A stretch of DNA of 64,000 nt, from assembly GCA_963765495.1 (NCBI GenBank), contig CAVXWP010000009.1, positions 352,001 to 416,000 on the forward strand, read 5' to 3'. Source of the DNA: Blastocatellia bacterium. GTDB lineage: Bacteria > Acidobacteriota > Blastocatellia > UBA7656. Below the pieces are notes generated by a model. The model had not been told where the DNA came from. It did no database searches and was given only the letters and a program-made list of their open reading frames with translations. Shown here piece by piece: positions 1 through 9,509 of this stretch. A program made the translations under genes and the position numbers. Each line of letters begins with the position of its first letter. Within the stretch, counting starts at the first letter, position 1.

Positions 1-1739
1 CGCGCTACGAATGCCTCGTTTACGATGATCACGCGCGTTGTATTTTCGGTATCCTGATCGGTGAAGTTGCGCCCCGCCACAAGCGGAATCCCCATAGTCG
101 GCAGGTAATCCGATTCCACCGAAGCGACCATCGCGCTTGGCACATTCGCGCCACGCACGGGCGCTTGCCCTTCCACATAAAAATAATCGCTCGAATAGTT
201 GAGACTGAGCGGAAGCAGATCGGTCAAAGAGGCCGAACGCACGCCGGGAAGAGATTCTACGCGCTCGATTATCTGATGCTGAAACTGCTGTCCTCGCGCC
301 TGATCATACCCTTGCAATCCAAGATCGAAGGACATCAACAGCCCGTTTTCCACCTCGAAACCGGGATTCATCGTCTGCAAACGGCCGAGCGCGCGAATGA
401 CCAGCCCCGCCGCGATCAAGAGGAAAAGCGATATGGCTATCTGCGCCACGACAAGCCCGCTTCGCAAACGCGAGCGGCGCAATCCCGCCTGCGACGAGGT
501 GTCTTTCAAGACGACGGCTATCTCGGGATTGGTGGTCTGCAACGCGGGCACGAGGCCAAAGATCAGACTCGCGGCAAGCGATGCCGCAAGCGAAAAGATG
601 AGCACTCGCCAGTCAACTTTCAAGTCTATCGTGAGCGGTATATCAAAGGGTGGTTTGAGCGCCGTGAGGAGGTCTACGATCCAGAGCGCAAGGAGTAAGC
701 CCGCCGCTCCGCTAACTATCGAAAGCAGCACGCTTTCGGTCAGCAATTGGCGTATGAGGCGAAGTCGGCTTGCGCCGAGCGATAATCGAATAGCGATTTC
801 CCTGCGACGTTCGGCGGCCCGCGCAAGCAGGAGATTTGCGATATTTGTGCAGGCGATAAGCAGGACCAGAGAGACCGCAAACATCAAGACCCATGTAAAA
901 GATATGACCGCGCCACGGATGCCCGGAAGAATAAAACCCGGCGGCACGAGTTTGATCGTTCGCCCCTCATCCGTGTTGGGATACTCTTTGCCGAGTTGCT
1001 CGGCCAGCACATTGAGCGAGGCTTCGGCCTGCTCGCTCGTTACGCCGGGTTTCAGGCGGCCTGTGGCAAATATGTTGTTGTTGGTCCTTTTATCAAGCCA
1101 CTTGTTTCCCGGCTCCATCCACTCCTGCATAGTCATCGGGACCCAGATTTCCGGCGTGTAAATGATTTCGGTTCCGCCGAAACCTTCCGGCGTTACGCCG
1201 ATCACGCGAAAGCTGTGGCCGTTGAGAAGTATGTCTTTCCCTATGACGGTAGCGTCCCGGGCGAATCTGCGTTCCCAGCAACCGTAGCTCAACACTACGA
1301 TGGGATTGGCAAGCGGGGCGCGATCTTCTTCGGGTGTAAAGGTGCGACCGAGGAAAGCATTTACGCCAAGCACTTCGAAGTAATTTCCAGTGACCTCGTA
1401 GCCCCAGATGCGTTCGTTATTTCCTTCGCGGCTCAAACTGACCGGCATCAGTCGAGAGGCGTAGAGGCCCTCAAGCACTTCGTTGCGGTCGCGGAAATCG
1501 AGATAACCCGGATAAGAGAACGCCTGCATGGAGTCTTCCGCGCCAAAGACGGATACCGCGACCAGTTCGTCAGGTTTGGAGACGGGAAACGGGCGCAGCA
1601 GCACCGTATTGACCAGAGAGAAGATAGCGGTGTTTGCCCCTATCCCAAGCGCGAGCGACACTATTGCAACAAGCGCGAAGCCGGGCCTCTTCACCAGTCT
1701 ACGCGCGCCGTACTGAATGTCTTGAAGCAGTGTTTCCAT
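1..1739 (-). CDS. ADOP-family ABC permease (partial; runs off window start)
   Basis: Not in the ORF track because it is truncated. Manual minus-strand reading from the ATG at 1739 gives [41 protein letters not shown], the same N-terminal signature as the other paralogs. Confidence 0.9.
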   Translation of the reverse strand, partial: METLLQDIQYGARRLVKRPGFALVAIVSLALGIGANTAIFSLVNTVLLRPFPVSKPDELVAVSVFGAEDSMQAFSYPGYLDFRDRNEVLEGLYASRLMPVSLSREGNNERIWGYEVTGNYFEVLGVNAFLGRTFTPEEDRAPLANPIVVLSYGCWERRFARDATVIGKDILLNGHSFRVIGVTPEGFGGTEIIYTPEIWVPMTMQEWMEPGNKWLDKRTNNNIFATGRLKPGVTSEQAEASLNVLAEQLGKEYPNTDEGRTIKLVPPGFILPGIRGAVISFTWVLMFAVSLVLLIACTNIANLLLARAAERRREIAIRLSLGASRLRLIRQLLTESVLLSIVSGAAGLLLALWIVDLLTALKPPFDIPLTIDLKVDWRVLIFSLAASLAASLIFGLVPALQTTNPEIAVVLKDTSSQAGLRRSRLRSGLVVAQIAISLFLLIAAGLVIRALGRLQTMNPGFEVENGLLMSFDLGLQGYDQARGQQFQHQIIERVESLPGVRSASLTDLLPLSLNYSSDYFYVEGQAPVRGANVPSAMVASVESDYLPTMGIPLVAGRNFTDQDTENTTRVIIVNEAFVA

Positions 1740-1758
1740 ATCAGTGCCTTTCCTTCTG

Positions 1759-1846
1759 GTGATTCGTAATTCGTGATCCGTGATTTAGCAGACTTGCAAG
1801 CTGTCTAAACCTGCGATCTACCTGAAAGTCACGCATCACGCATCAC
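1759..1846. repeat. Inverted-heptamer hairpin, (GTGATGC)n/(GCATCAC)n family
   Basis: Arms flank a core of about 44 bp that is related, in reverse orientation, to the core at 61009-61055. Confidence 0.85.
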
Positions 1847-4314
1847 TATTCGTACCTGAGCGCCTCCATCGGGTCCACTCTGGCTGCGCGCCGCGCCGGG
1901 ATGTAGCAGGCCGCAAGTCCGACCGCGATCAGCAGGCCGGATACCGCCGCGAAGGTCGAAATATCGGTGGTGCTGATGCCATAAAGCAGGCTCGACATAA
2001 AGCGCGTCAGGGCGAAGGCCGAGACGAGCCCTACCGCCACCCCTGCCAGAACCAGCATCACCGCCTGTCTTATGATCAGGCTCAACACATCGGATGTCTT
2101 AGCGCCTAGTGCCAGGCGGATACCTATCTCTCGCGTGCGGCGATTTACCGCGTAAGCGATCACGCCATACAGCCCGATTGCCGCAATCAGCAAGGCTACG
2201 AAACCGAAAAGCCCTGAAAGCATAGCTGCCATACGTTCAGTCGCTATCGAATTGCTCAACTCGCCCGAAAGCGTTGTCGTGTTGGAGAGCAGTATGCCGG
2301 AATCCAGCGCGCTCACTTCGCGCCCTATCACGGGCAGAAAGTCCGAAGCATCGCCTGCGGTGCGAACCAGAACCCGTTGATACGGGGAGAACGGCATCTG
2401 CAACGCAGGCAGATCGAGATGGGGTATAGGCGTTTCGGTCAGGCTGTGAAACTTGAGGTCGCGCGTAATGCCTACTATTTCAAGCCACGGATTGCCGGGG
2501 CCGCGACTTATGCGCTTCCCTATCGCATTCTGGTTGGGAAAATACTGACGCGCAAATGCTTCATTGATGACCACGACACCGGGCGAGCCTTCCCGGTCCC
2601 TCTCGGTAAAACCCCGTCCCGCGATCAGGGGTATGCCCATCAGTTCGTGATAGCCGGGACCGACAGAGTTGTAATCTATCCCGAGATTTTCACCCGGTTC
2701 GGCCTCGTAACCTTCGATCTTAACGAACACCTTTCCGAGACCTCCGCCCAGAGGGACCCTGTCTGCCGTAGCCACATCGCGCACACCGGCAGTGGTCTTC
2801 AATCGCTCGGTCAATTCCCGGATAAACTCGCGCCCTCTGTTCTTATCATATCTGTCGGGCGGCAACTCGATACCGGCGACCATCACGTTTTCAGGGTTGA
2901 AACCCGGGTCGATGGCGAAGAAATTGCGGAGGCTCCTTGTGAGCAGCCCTGCGCCGATAAGCACGACAAGCGATAAAGCTACCTGAGCTATCACAAGCAC
3001 GTGACGAGCACTAAGAAACCGCTCGCGCCCGCCGCCCATCATTGCGTCGTCTTTTAGCGCGGGAACCAGATCATCTCTTGAGCTTTGCAGCGCAGGCACG
3101 ATTCCGAAGATAAAACCTGCCAGCAGCGAAACCAGCAGAGTGAAGCCGAGCACGCGCCCATCCACTACATTATTGAGTGAAGCGTGCTGGCTGACAACCT
3201 TTGACTGATAAGCAATCAAGAGATCGGAAAGCCACGGAGCCAGTATCAATCCCGCTGCGCCGCCCGCGAATGCAAGCAGCGCGCTTTCGGTCAGCATCTG
3301 ACGGATGAGCCGCCCTCGGGAAGCGCCTATAGCCAGGCGGACAGCAATCTCTTTCCGCCGGACAGTCGAGCGCGCAAGCAGCAGGTTGGCGACGTTTGCG
3401 CAGGCAATCAAAAGAATCAACCCGACGAAACCCATCAACAGGGTGAGAGGCGGGCCGAGTTTTGGGCGCAGGAAAGAGATTCCTTTGCCGCCGGGCTCAA
3501 CCCTCATTCGGCGCTCGTTGAAAGGAAGGTTGAGGTCGGAGGCAGGCAGGGTCCCTTCTCTGATCTGGCGCGCAAGCGTATCGAGGCTCGCTTCTGCCTG
3601 CGCGATGGTCACGCCCGGTTTGAGGCGGCCCGCAACGCGCAGCCACGCCATGCGGCGCTCGTCGAACGAAAATGTTTGCGGCATAAGTTGCGGGAACATC
3701 CTCACAGGCACCCACAGATCGGTAGACGATTCGATATTCAAGCCGGTGAAGTTCTGAGGCGCGATGCCTATAACGGTGTAGTTGAGGCCATTGATCGGCA
3801 CAGCTTTTCCGATAATTTCAGGGTCAGCGCCAAAGCGCCTCTGCCACAAACCATAACTCAAAACCGTGACCGGGTGTGTGCCAGGTGTCTTATCTTCTTC
3901 GGGAAGAAATGCGCGACCGCGCGCGGTTTTCACACCCAGTACATCAAAATAATTACCCGACACAATCTCTGCCAGCACCTGTTCGGGATGGTCTTCGGAG
4001 CCGAGTTTTTCCGGCATCTGTATGAACGCGGTCAAGCCGGACAGCACCTCGTTCTGGTCGCGGTAATCGGCATAATCGGGATATGAAAATATGTTGTTGA
4101 CGAAATGTGGGTTCACGCTTTCAGAGGTGAGCAGCACAAGCTCGTCTGGCGCTTCGACCGGAAGCGAGCGCAACAGCAGTTTGTCTACAAGAGAGAAGAT
4201 AGCGGTGTTTGCCCCTATCCCAAGCGCCAGCGACAGGACCGCTACCGCCGCAAAGCCACGGCTTTTTAAGAGAACTCGCGCGCCGTATCGAATGTCTTGA
4301 AGCAGTGTTTCCAT
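1846..4314 (-). CDS. ADOP-family ABC permease (MacB/FtsX duplicated)
   Basis: 822 aa; [40 protein letters not shown] motifs; ends DPMEALRYE. Confidence 0.95.
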   Translation of the reverse strand: METLLQDIRYGARVLLKSRGFAAVAVLSLALGIGANTAIFSLVDKLLLRSLPVEAPDELVLLTSESVNPHFVNNIFSYPDYADYRDQNEVLSGLTAFIQMPEKLGSEDHPEQVLAEIVSGNYFDVLGVKTARGRAFLPEEDKTPGTHPVTVLSYGLWQRRFGADPEIIGKAVPINGLNYTVIGIAPQNFTGLNIESSTDLWVPVRMFPQLMPQTFSFDERRMAWLRVAGRLKPGVTIAQAEASLDTLARQIREGTLPASDLNLPFNERRMRVEPGGKGISFLRPKLGPPLTLLMGFVGLILLIACANVANLLLARSTVRRKEIAVRLAIGASRGRLIRQMLTESALLAFAGGAAGLILAPWLSDLLIAYQSKVVSQHASLNNVVDGRVLGFTLLVSLLAGFIFGIVPALQSSRDDLVPALKDDAMMGGGRERFLSARHVLVIAQVALSLVVLIGAGLLTRSLRNFFAIDPGFNPENVMVAGIELPPDRYDKNRGREFIRELTERLKTTAGVRDVATADRVPLGGGLGKVFVKIEGYEAEPGENLGIDYNSVGPGYHELMGIPLIAGRGFTERDREGSPGVVVINEAFARQYFPNQNAIGKRISRGPGNPWLEIVGITRDLKFHSLTETPIPHLDLPALQMPFSPYQRVLVRTAGDASDFLPVIGREVSALDSGILLSNTTTLSGELSNSIATERMAAMLSGLFGFVALLIAAIGLYGVIAYAVNRRTREIGIRLALGAKTSDVLSLIIRQAVMLVLAGVAVGLVSAFALTRFMSSLLYGISTTDISTFAAVSGLLIAVGLAACYIPARRAARVDPMEALRYE

Positions 4315-4344
4315 GTTTTCGGCCTCTCTCTCCTGATAATCTCG

Positions 4345-4414
4345 GTGCGTGATGCGTGAACCGTTGTCTCAATTAATAGTCATCTCCGGTCACGCATCAC
4401 GGATCACGCATCAC
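4345..4414. repeat. Inverted-heptamer hairpin, GTGATGC family
   Basis: Core CCGTTGTCTCAATTAATAGTCATCTCCGG, similar to the core at about 17135. Confidence 0.85.
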
Positions 4415-6837
4415 TATTCGTAGCGCAGTGCCTCCATCGGGTCCACTCTCGTGGCCCGGCGAGCGGGGATGAAACAGGCTGCCAGAGCCACTCCTGTGAG
4501 CACGAGCGGGATGGCGATGAATATAAGGGGGTCGGTCGCGCTCACGCCGAAAAGCAGGCTCGCAAGCAACCTGGTCAGTGCGAGGGCCGTTATGACTCCG
4601 ATGCCGACTCCGGCAAGCACAAGGACAAGCCCCTGTCTCAATACCATCTTAAGGATATCCCGGCCTCGCGCCCCAAGCGCCATCCGCAACCCTATGTCGT
4701 GCGTCTGCTGGCTTACCGAGTAAGAGACAATTCCATAGATGCCTATCGAAGCAAGCAGCAGCGCCACGGCGGCGAATATGCCGATCAGCAGGGCCGGGTA
4801 ACGGCGCATAAAGGTCGAAGGCGATTCGGCTATCATCTGTTCCATTGTGCGCGCTCCGTCGAGAGAAAGATCGGGGTCCATCTCTCGCAACTCGCTGCGG
4901 ATCGCGCCTATCAGACCGGTGGGATCTGATGCGCCTCTCACTAAAAGGCTTGTGCGGCTGGCCGGGTCTTGCTGATACGAATAATAAAAGACCGGCTTGA
5001 TCTCTACGTCGAGGCCGTTGACTCTTTCATCTCCAACCACGCCTACGATCTCAATCGGCGGCAGATTCATACTGGTATAGAGCAGACGCCGCCCTACACA
5101 ATCGCGGCCCGGCAGGAGTCGCTCGGCAAGCGTCTTACTGATGATAGCCCGTGGAGGCGCATTCAGATTTTCCCGGCTGTCGAAATACCGTCCTTCAATC
5201 AGCGGCACACCCATCACCTGAAAATAGTTGGGGCTTATCTCGCGGATATTTGCCTCGACCTCTTCTCCGGGAGGCGGGGCCGGTTCGCCCTCAATAGTCA
5301 GGCGGGTAGTGTTCCCTCCGACGAGCGGGAGCACATCGACCGTGCCCGCGTCCTTTACTCCCGGCAGGGCTTTAACCCGCGCAAGCATCTGATCGTAAAA
5401 CGGGACGATCTGATCGGGTTGGGTGAATCTGGTAGCGGGCAGCGATACCCGCATCGTCAAGAGATTTTCCGGGTTGAAGCCCGGATCGACTTCGAGCAGG
5501 CGAACAAGGCTTTTCATCATCAAACTCGCGCCAACAAGCAATACGAGCGCAAGGGCGATTTCAGAGACCACAAGCAGACTGCGCAGGCGCGAGCGCCCGC
5601 CTCCGCTCGATGTGCGGCCTCCCTCCTTTAAGACTTCCTGAAGATCGGGCCGGGCGGCCTTGAGCGCGGGCGCAAGACCAAATAAAATCCCCGTAAGCAG
5701 CGTCAGCCCGGCCGCAAAAGCGAGTATGCCAAAATCCATGTGGAGCCCTTTCAGATATGGCATGGTGAGCAAACGGGTTTCGGGAATCGATGAGATAAGG
5801 AGTTCGACTCCCCACTGAGCGATCAGCAATCCCGCCGCTCCGCCTACAAAGGCAAGCAACACGCTTTCGGTCAGCAGTTGTCTTATCACACGGCGGCGAC
5901 CGGCTCCGAGCGCCGCCCGTATCGCCATCTCTTTTTGTCTGGCAGCCGAGCGCACAAGCATCAAATTGGCTACGTTGGCGCAGGCTATCAGAAGCACAAA
6001 ACCGACGGCGGCAAGCAGCGCGAGCATCACAGGTTTGACCTGCCCTACTATCTCATCGCGCAGAGGGTTGATCGTGATCGCAGTTCCCGCGTGCGAGTCG
6101 TTATACTGCTGCTCTATGCGCGCGCCAATCGCGCTCATTTCCGTTTGAGCCTGCTCGAGACTCACGCCGGGTTTCAGACGCGCAATCACGTTTGTCCCGT
6201 GCAGGAAGCGCCGGGTGAGTTGCGCCTGAGTGGGCTGGTATGAGAGATAGAGTTCGGCCGGTCTCATTGCGAACTGGAAACTCTGCGGCAGTATGCCCAC
6301 GACCGTGTAGGGGTTGCCGTTGAGCGTGAGCGACTGGCCTATGATAGCCGGGTCTTTGCCAAAGAGGCGCTGCCATAAACCGTAAGTCAAGACCGCCACG
6401 CGCTCTCGACCGGGCGTGTCTTCGCCCTCCTGAAAAGTGCGACCGAGCGCGGCGTCTACACCGAGAGTAGAGAAGAAATTGGCCGTGACCGAAGGCGCAA
6501 ACAATCGCTCAGGCTCGCCGCGTCCCGTCAAAATGACGCCGCCTCCGGTGTAGGCGGCCATCTGCTCGAAGGCCTGATTCTGCTGCCAGTCCTGGTAATC
6601 GGGATAAGAGGCCTCGCGTTTGTTGAACTGTTTTTGCGGTGTCTTCTCCCACAGGTGAAAGAGGCGATCAGGCTCTTTATAAGGCAGGCCGCGAATCAGC
6701 GAGGCATCTACGACGGTGAAAATCGCAGTGCTTGCGCCTATTCCAAGCGCAAGCGTCACAACGGCTACGACCGTGAAGGCGGGCTTCTTCGCCAACACTC
6801 TAAAGGCGTATCTGAGGTCTTGCCAAAAAGTTTCCAT
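4414..6837 (-). CDS. ADOP-family ABC permease
   Basis: Start re-set to [10 protein letters not shown], preceded by AAAAGGAAA; same motifs as the paralogs. Confidence 0.93.
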   Translation of the reverse strand: METFWQDLRYAFRVLAKKPAFTVVAVVTLALGIGASTAIFTVVDASLIRGLPYKEPDRLFHLWEKTPQKQFNKREASYPDYQDWQQNQAFEQMAAYTGGGVILTGRGEPERLFAPSVTANFFSTLGVDAALGRTFQEGEDTPGRERVAVLTYGLWQRLFGKDPAIIGQSLTLNGNPYTVVGILPQSFQFAMRPAELYLSYQPTQAQLTRRFLHGTNVIARLKPGVSLEQAQTEMSAIGARIEQQYNDSHAGTAITINPLRDEIVGQVKPVMLALLAAVGFVLLIACANVANLMLVRSAARQKEMAIRAALGAGRRRVIRQLLTESVLLAFVGGAAGLLIAQWGVELLISSIPETRLLTMPYLKGLHMDFGILAFAAGLTLLTGILFGLAPALKAARPDLQEVLKEGGRTSSGGGRSRLRSLLVVSEIALALVLLVGASLMMKSLVRLLEVDPGFNPENLLTMRVSLPATRFTQPDQIVPFYDQMLARVKALPGVKDAGTVDVLPLVGGNTTRLTIEGEPAPPPGEEVEANIREISPNYFQVMGVPLIEGRYFDSRENLNAPPRAIISKTLAERLLPGRDCVGRRLLYTSMNLPPIEIVGVVGDERVNGLDVEIKPVFYYSYQQDPASRTSLLVRGASDPTGLIGAIRSELREMDPDLSLDGARTMEQMIAESPSTFMRRYPALLIGIFAAVALLLASIGIYGIVSYSVSQQTHDIGLRMALGARGRDILKMVLRQGLVLVLAGVGIGVITALALTRLLASLLFGVSATDPLIFIAIPLVLTGVALAACFIPARRATRVDPMEALRYE

Positions 6838-6928
6838 GACTTTCCTTTTTAGAACCGGGTATCCGCTTCTGGTTACGGGCACGATAAAAGTTTGACCGAG
6901 CATCTGAATAGACTTCAAGTCGTTATAG

Positions 6929-7050
6929 CCAAACGGCGTGCCATTTCACTTATCCGTTTAAATGCTGAAATCAGGCAAGTTGATGAACGGGTGGGAAGGA
7001 AATAACTTTTGCGGGTGTGCGCTTGTGGGAACCCCTGATCCCAAAACTGA
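6929..7050 (-). promoter_or_regulatory. Putative sigma54 (-24/-12) promoter with upstream activator site, copy 1
   Basis: Minus strand TGGCACGCCGTTTGG (6929-6943) resembles TGGCACG-N4-TTGC. The block GGTGTGCGCTTGTGGGAA..TCCCA lies about 70 bp upstream. Both recur at 29862-29985. Confidence 0.65.
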
Positions 7051-7233
7051 AATCGAAACCTGGTCTTTTTCGATCATTGACGCAGGGCATCGTAGTTTTA
7101 TATGATAACTCGCGTCTCGGAATCCGAAACATTGATCCCAGAATAATTCAGAGCAGGCTCAAACGGGTCGACTAGGCTTTCGAGCTTTTTTCGAGGATTG
7201 TTCGGGACAATCAGCATTTGAAAGGTAAAATTT

Positions 7234-8679
7234 ATGATCATAAAACGGCTGATATTCAGTCTGTTTCTGCTGGCAACCCTATCAATCGGCGTTCAGGCGC
7301 AGAAAAGATTTGTTTATGATACCGCGGGCACCGGCGTCGGTGTCTTCGAGGTATCACCAGAGGGCGTTCTATCCCATATACAAACCCTCATCTACGTCCC
7401 AGTAAGCATAGCCAATTCTCAGGGGAAGGGCATAGCCCTCTCTCCCGCAGGAGACTTTGTCTATGCAGGCGATCCTCGCAATGGATTCATCCACGTTTAT
7501 TCGGCTGATACCGCGACGGGGCTTCTCACAGAGATTCCCGAATCGCCATTTCCTACACAACTGAGTTTCGGGGGCGGAGGCACTATGGTAACAACCCCCG
7601 ACAATAAATTCCTGTATATGGCAAATACTACTACGAACAGGATAGAAGTATTCGCCATCGCTCCCAACGGTGCGTTGACTCCGGTTCCAGATTCTTTGAC
7701 ACTCATAGGCGGGCTTGGGGTTCCTCCGGGGCTCAAGATTACTCCCAATGGTAAATTTCTTGCCCTTTCGCGTTTCTATAACGATGCCATAGAGGTTTAC
7801 AGCATTGCATCGGATGGAAAGTTATCGCGCGCTCCGGGGTCACCCTTTATCGTGGGGACCGAAATCGCTGTCTCTTCGATAGACATAAATTGCGCGGGGG
7901 ATTTGTTGTTTGCCATTGACGGATTAGGCCGCATACACGTTTTGAGAATAGCAACTGACGGAAGCGTGACGCCGGTTAACGGATCTCCTTTCGATAGCAA
8001 CGCGCTCGGATATGGTATCCTCCAAATCGTTCTTCACCCGAGTGGCAAATACCTGTTCGTTATCAATGCCAACCGAGCGATAATTTCCGGGTTAGCCGTT
8101 CATCCAGATGGCAGTCTTACAAAACTTCCGGGCTACCCGCTTTTCGTGGGCGACGACAACAATGAAGATTTGCGACCTGTAAGAGTCGCCATAGATAGTA
8201 AGGGCGAGTTTCTTTATACGGGAAACGGCGATTCAACCGCCGGGATTTTCAGCATCGCCGAAGATGGTATGATTAGCCCCGTCGCAGGATCGCCCTTCAA
8301 CGGCTTTGGTGGAGACGCGTGTGAATTTGTGGTGTCGCCTCCGAGGATATGCACAGCCCCCATTTTTGACCAGTGTATTCAGGATGAATCCAGAGGAAAC
8401 ATTCTCAAGATCAATTCGGAGACGGGCGAATACAGTCTGATCAACTGCGACGGGTTTACGCTTGACGGCACGGCCGAGATGAAGATCAAAGGCTGCCTGA
8501 TGACATTGCAGGATAATAGTTCGGATCGCAGGCTGCTTGTAAAGATAGATAGATGTAAGAAACAGGCTATCGCATCCATTGTAGTCTTTTCGGCATCCAG
8601 GATATTCACGATTAGAGACAAGAACATAGAGAATAATTCCTGTTCATGCGGTGAAAGACAAAAGGGCATCAACCGTTGA
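7234..8679 (+). CDS. Secreted lactonase-like beta-propeller protein with Cys-rich C-terminal domain
   Basis: Signal peptide (MIIKRLIFSLFLLATLSIGVQA); repeated blades of the type xPxGKFLY/LTxxPGSPF; about 100-aa tail with 6 Cys. Confidence 0.8.
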   Translation: MIIKRLIFSLFLLATLSIGVQAQKRFVYDTAGTGVGVFEVSPEGVLSHIQTLIYVPVSIANSQGKGIALSPAGDFVYAGDPRNGFIHVYSADTATGLLTEIPESPFPTQLSFGGGGTMVTTPDNKFLYMANTTTNRIEVFAIAPNGALTPVPDSLTLIGGLGVPPGLKITPNGKFLALSRFYNDAIEVYSIASDGKLSRAPGSPFIVGTEIAVSSIDINCAGDLLFAIDGLGRIHVLRIATDGSVTPVNGSPFDSNALGYGILQIVLHPSGKYLFVINANRAIISGLAVHPDGSLTKLPGYPLFVGDDNNEDLRPVRVAIDSKGEFLYTGNGDSTAGIFSIAEDGMISPVAGSPFNGFGGDACEFVVSPPRICTAPIFDQCIQDESRGNILKINSETGEYSLINCDGFTLDGTAEMKIKGCLMTLQDNSSDRRLLVKIDRCKKQAIASIVVFSASRIFTIRDKNIENNSCSCGERQKGINR

Positions 8680-8698
8680 TTTATGGATCCGAAATGTA

Positions 8699-8738
8699 GA
8701 TAACGCGGCCCCCGGACACAATCCGGCTCCGCGTTATC
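8699..8738. terminator. Hairpin between convergent genes
   Basis: GATAACGCGG...CCGCGTTATC inverted repeat between the 8679 and 8810 stop codons. Confidence 0.5.
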
Positions 8739-8809
8739 CATCTAACTCTTGTTTCCGAAGCGCTGATGTTTTTCTTGACGGTTCTCGATAATCGGTCAAA
8801 CACCTCTCG

Positions 8810-9355
8810 TCATTTTATCTGCCTCAGGGCTTGCAGGTGAATTCTTATTGCGAGCGTGCCGCCGATCACTCCGCGCATGTAGTGTATGCCGAAATCGTGA
8901 CGATCAAGTGTGGTTTGCGCCGAATAGTAGGCGACTTCCTCACCTTGAGGAGAGCGGCTGCGTTCGACCTGTGTCACATCGAGCGTGACATCGCGGCTGG
9001 TTTCGCGAATGGTCAGGGTTCCTTTGACCCTGAGAGTATCCCGGTCTCTTCCCTTCTCTACGCTTGCGCTCTGAAACCTTATGAGCGGGTGGTTTTCGGA
9101 GTCCAGAAAATCCGTCGCTCGCAGGTGAGCGTCCCGCTTGCGGTTATGTGTGTCGATGTTGGAAGCCTTGATTGTGGCTTCCACCGATGAGCGGGAAAGA
9201 TCCGTTTCATCGAAGATAATCTTCCCGGCCACCTCCTTGAATCGGCCCTCGACCGTAAAGAAGAAGTTCTTGACGCGGAACTGAATCGTAGTATGCGCCG
9301 GATCAATCACCCATACATCCCCGGTTTGCTCTTTGATTCCTGCCTGAGAATTCAT
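8810..9355 (-). CDS. YceI family protein
   Basis: WVIDPAHTTIQF, IDTHNRKRDAHLR, GTLTIR and LDRHDFG motifs. Confidence 0.9.
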   Translation of the reverse strand: MNSQAGIKEQTGDVWVIDPAHTTIQFRVKNFFFTVEGRFKEVAGKIIFDETDLSRSSVEATIKASNIDTHNRKRDAHLRATDFLDSENHPLIRFQSASVEKGRDRDTLRVKGTLTIRETSRDVTLDVTQVERSRSPQGEEVAYYSAQTTLDRHDFGIHYMRGVIGGTLAIRIHLQALRQIK

Positions 9356-9391
9356 GGCTTCTCCTTTACTCTTAAATGAGGATTCAGAACA

Positions 9392-9459
9392 GCCACAGAG
9401 GCACCGCAGACATAGAGAAAAGATTATTAATAATCTCTGTGTCTTTGTGTCTCTGTGGC
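9392..9459. repeat. REP-like palindrome (CACAGAG-type arms)
   Basis: GCCACAGAG...AGATTATTAATAATCT...CTCTGTGGC, followed by (TCTCAAA)2 at about 9489. Confidence 0.7.
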
Positions 9460-9509
9460 AAGTATTTTTACCTTTCCAGGCAGATGTATCTCAAATCTCA
9501 AATCTGAGA

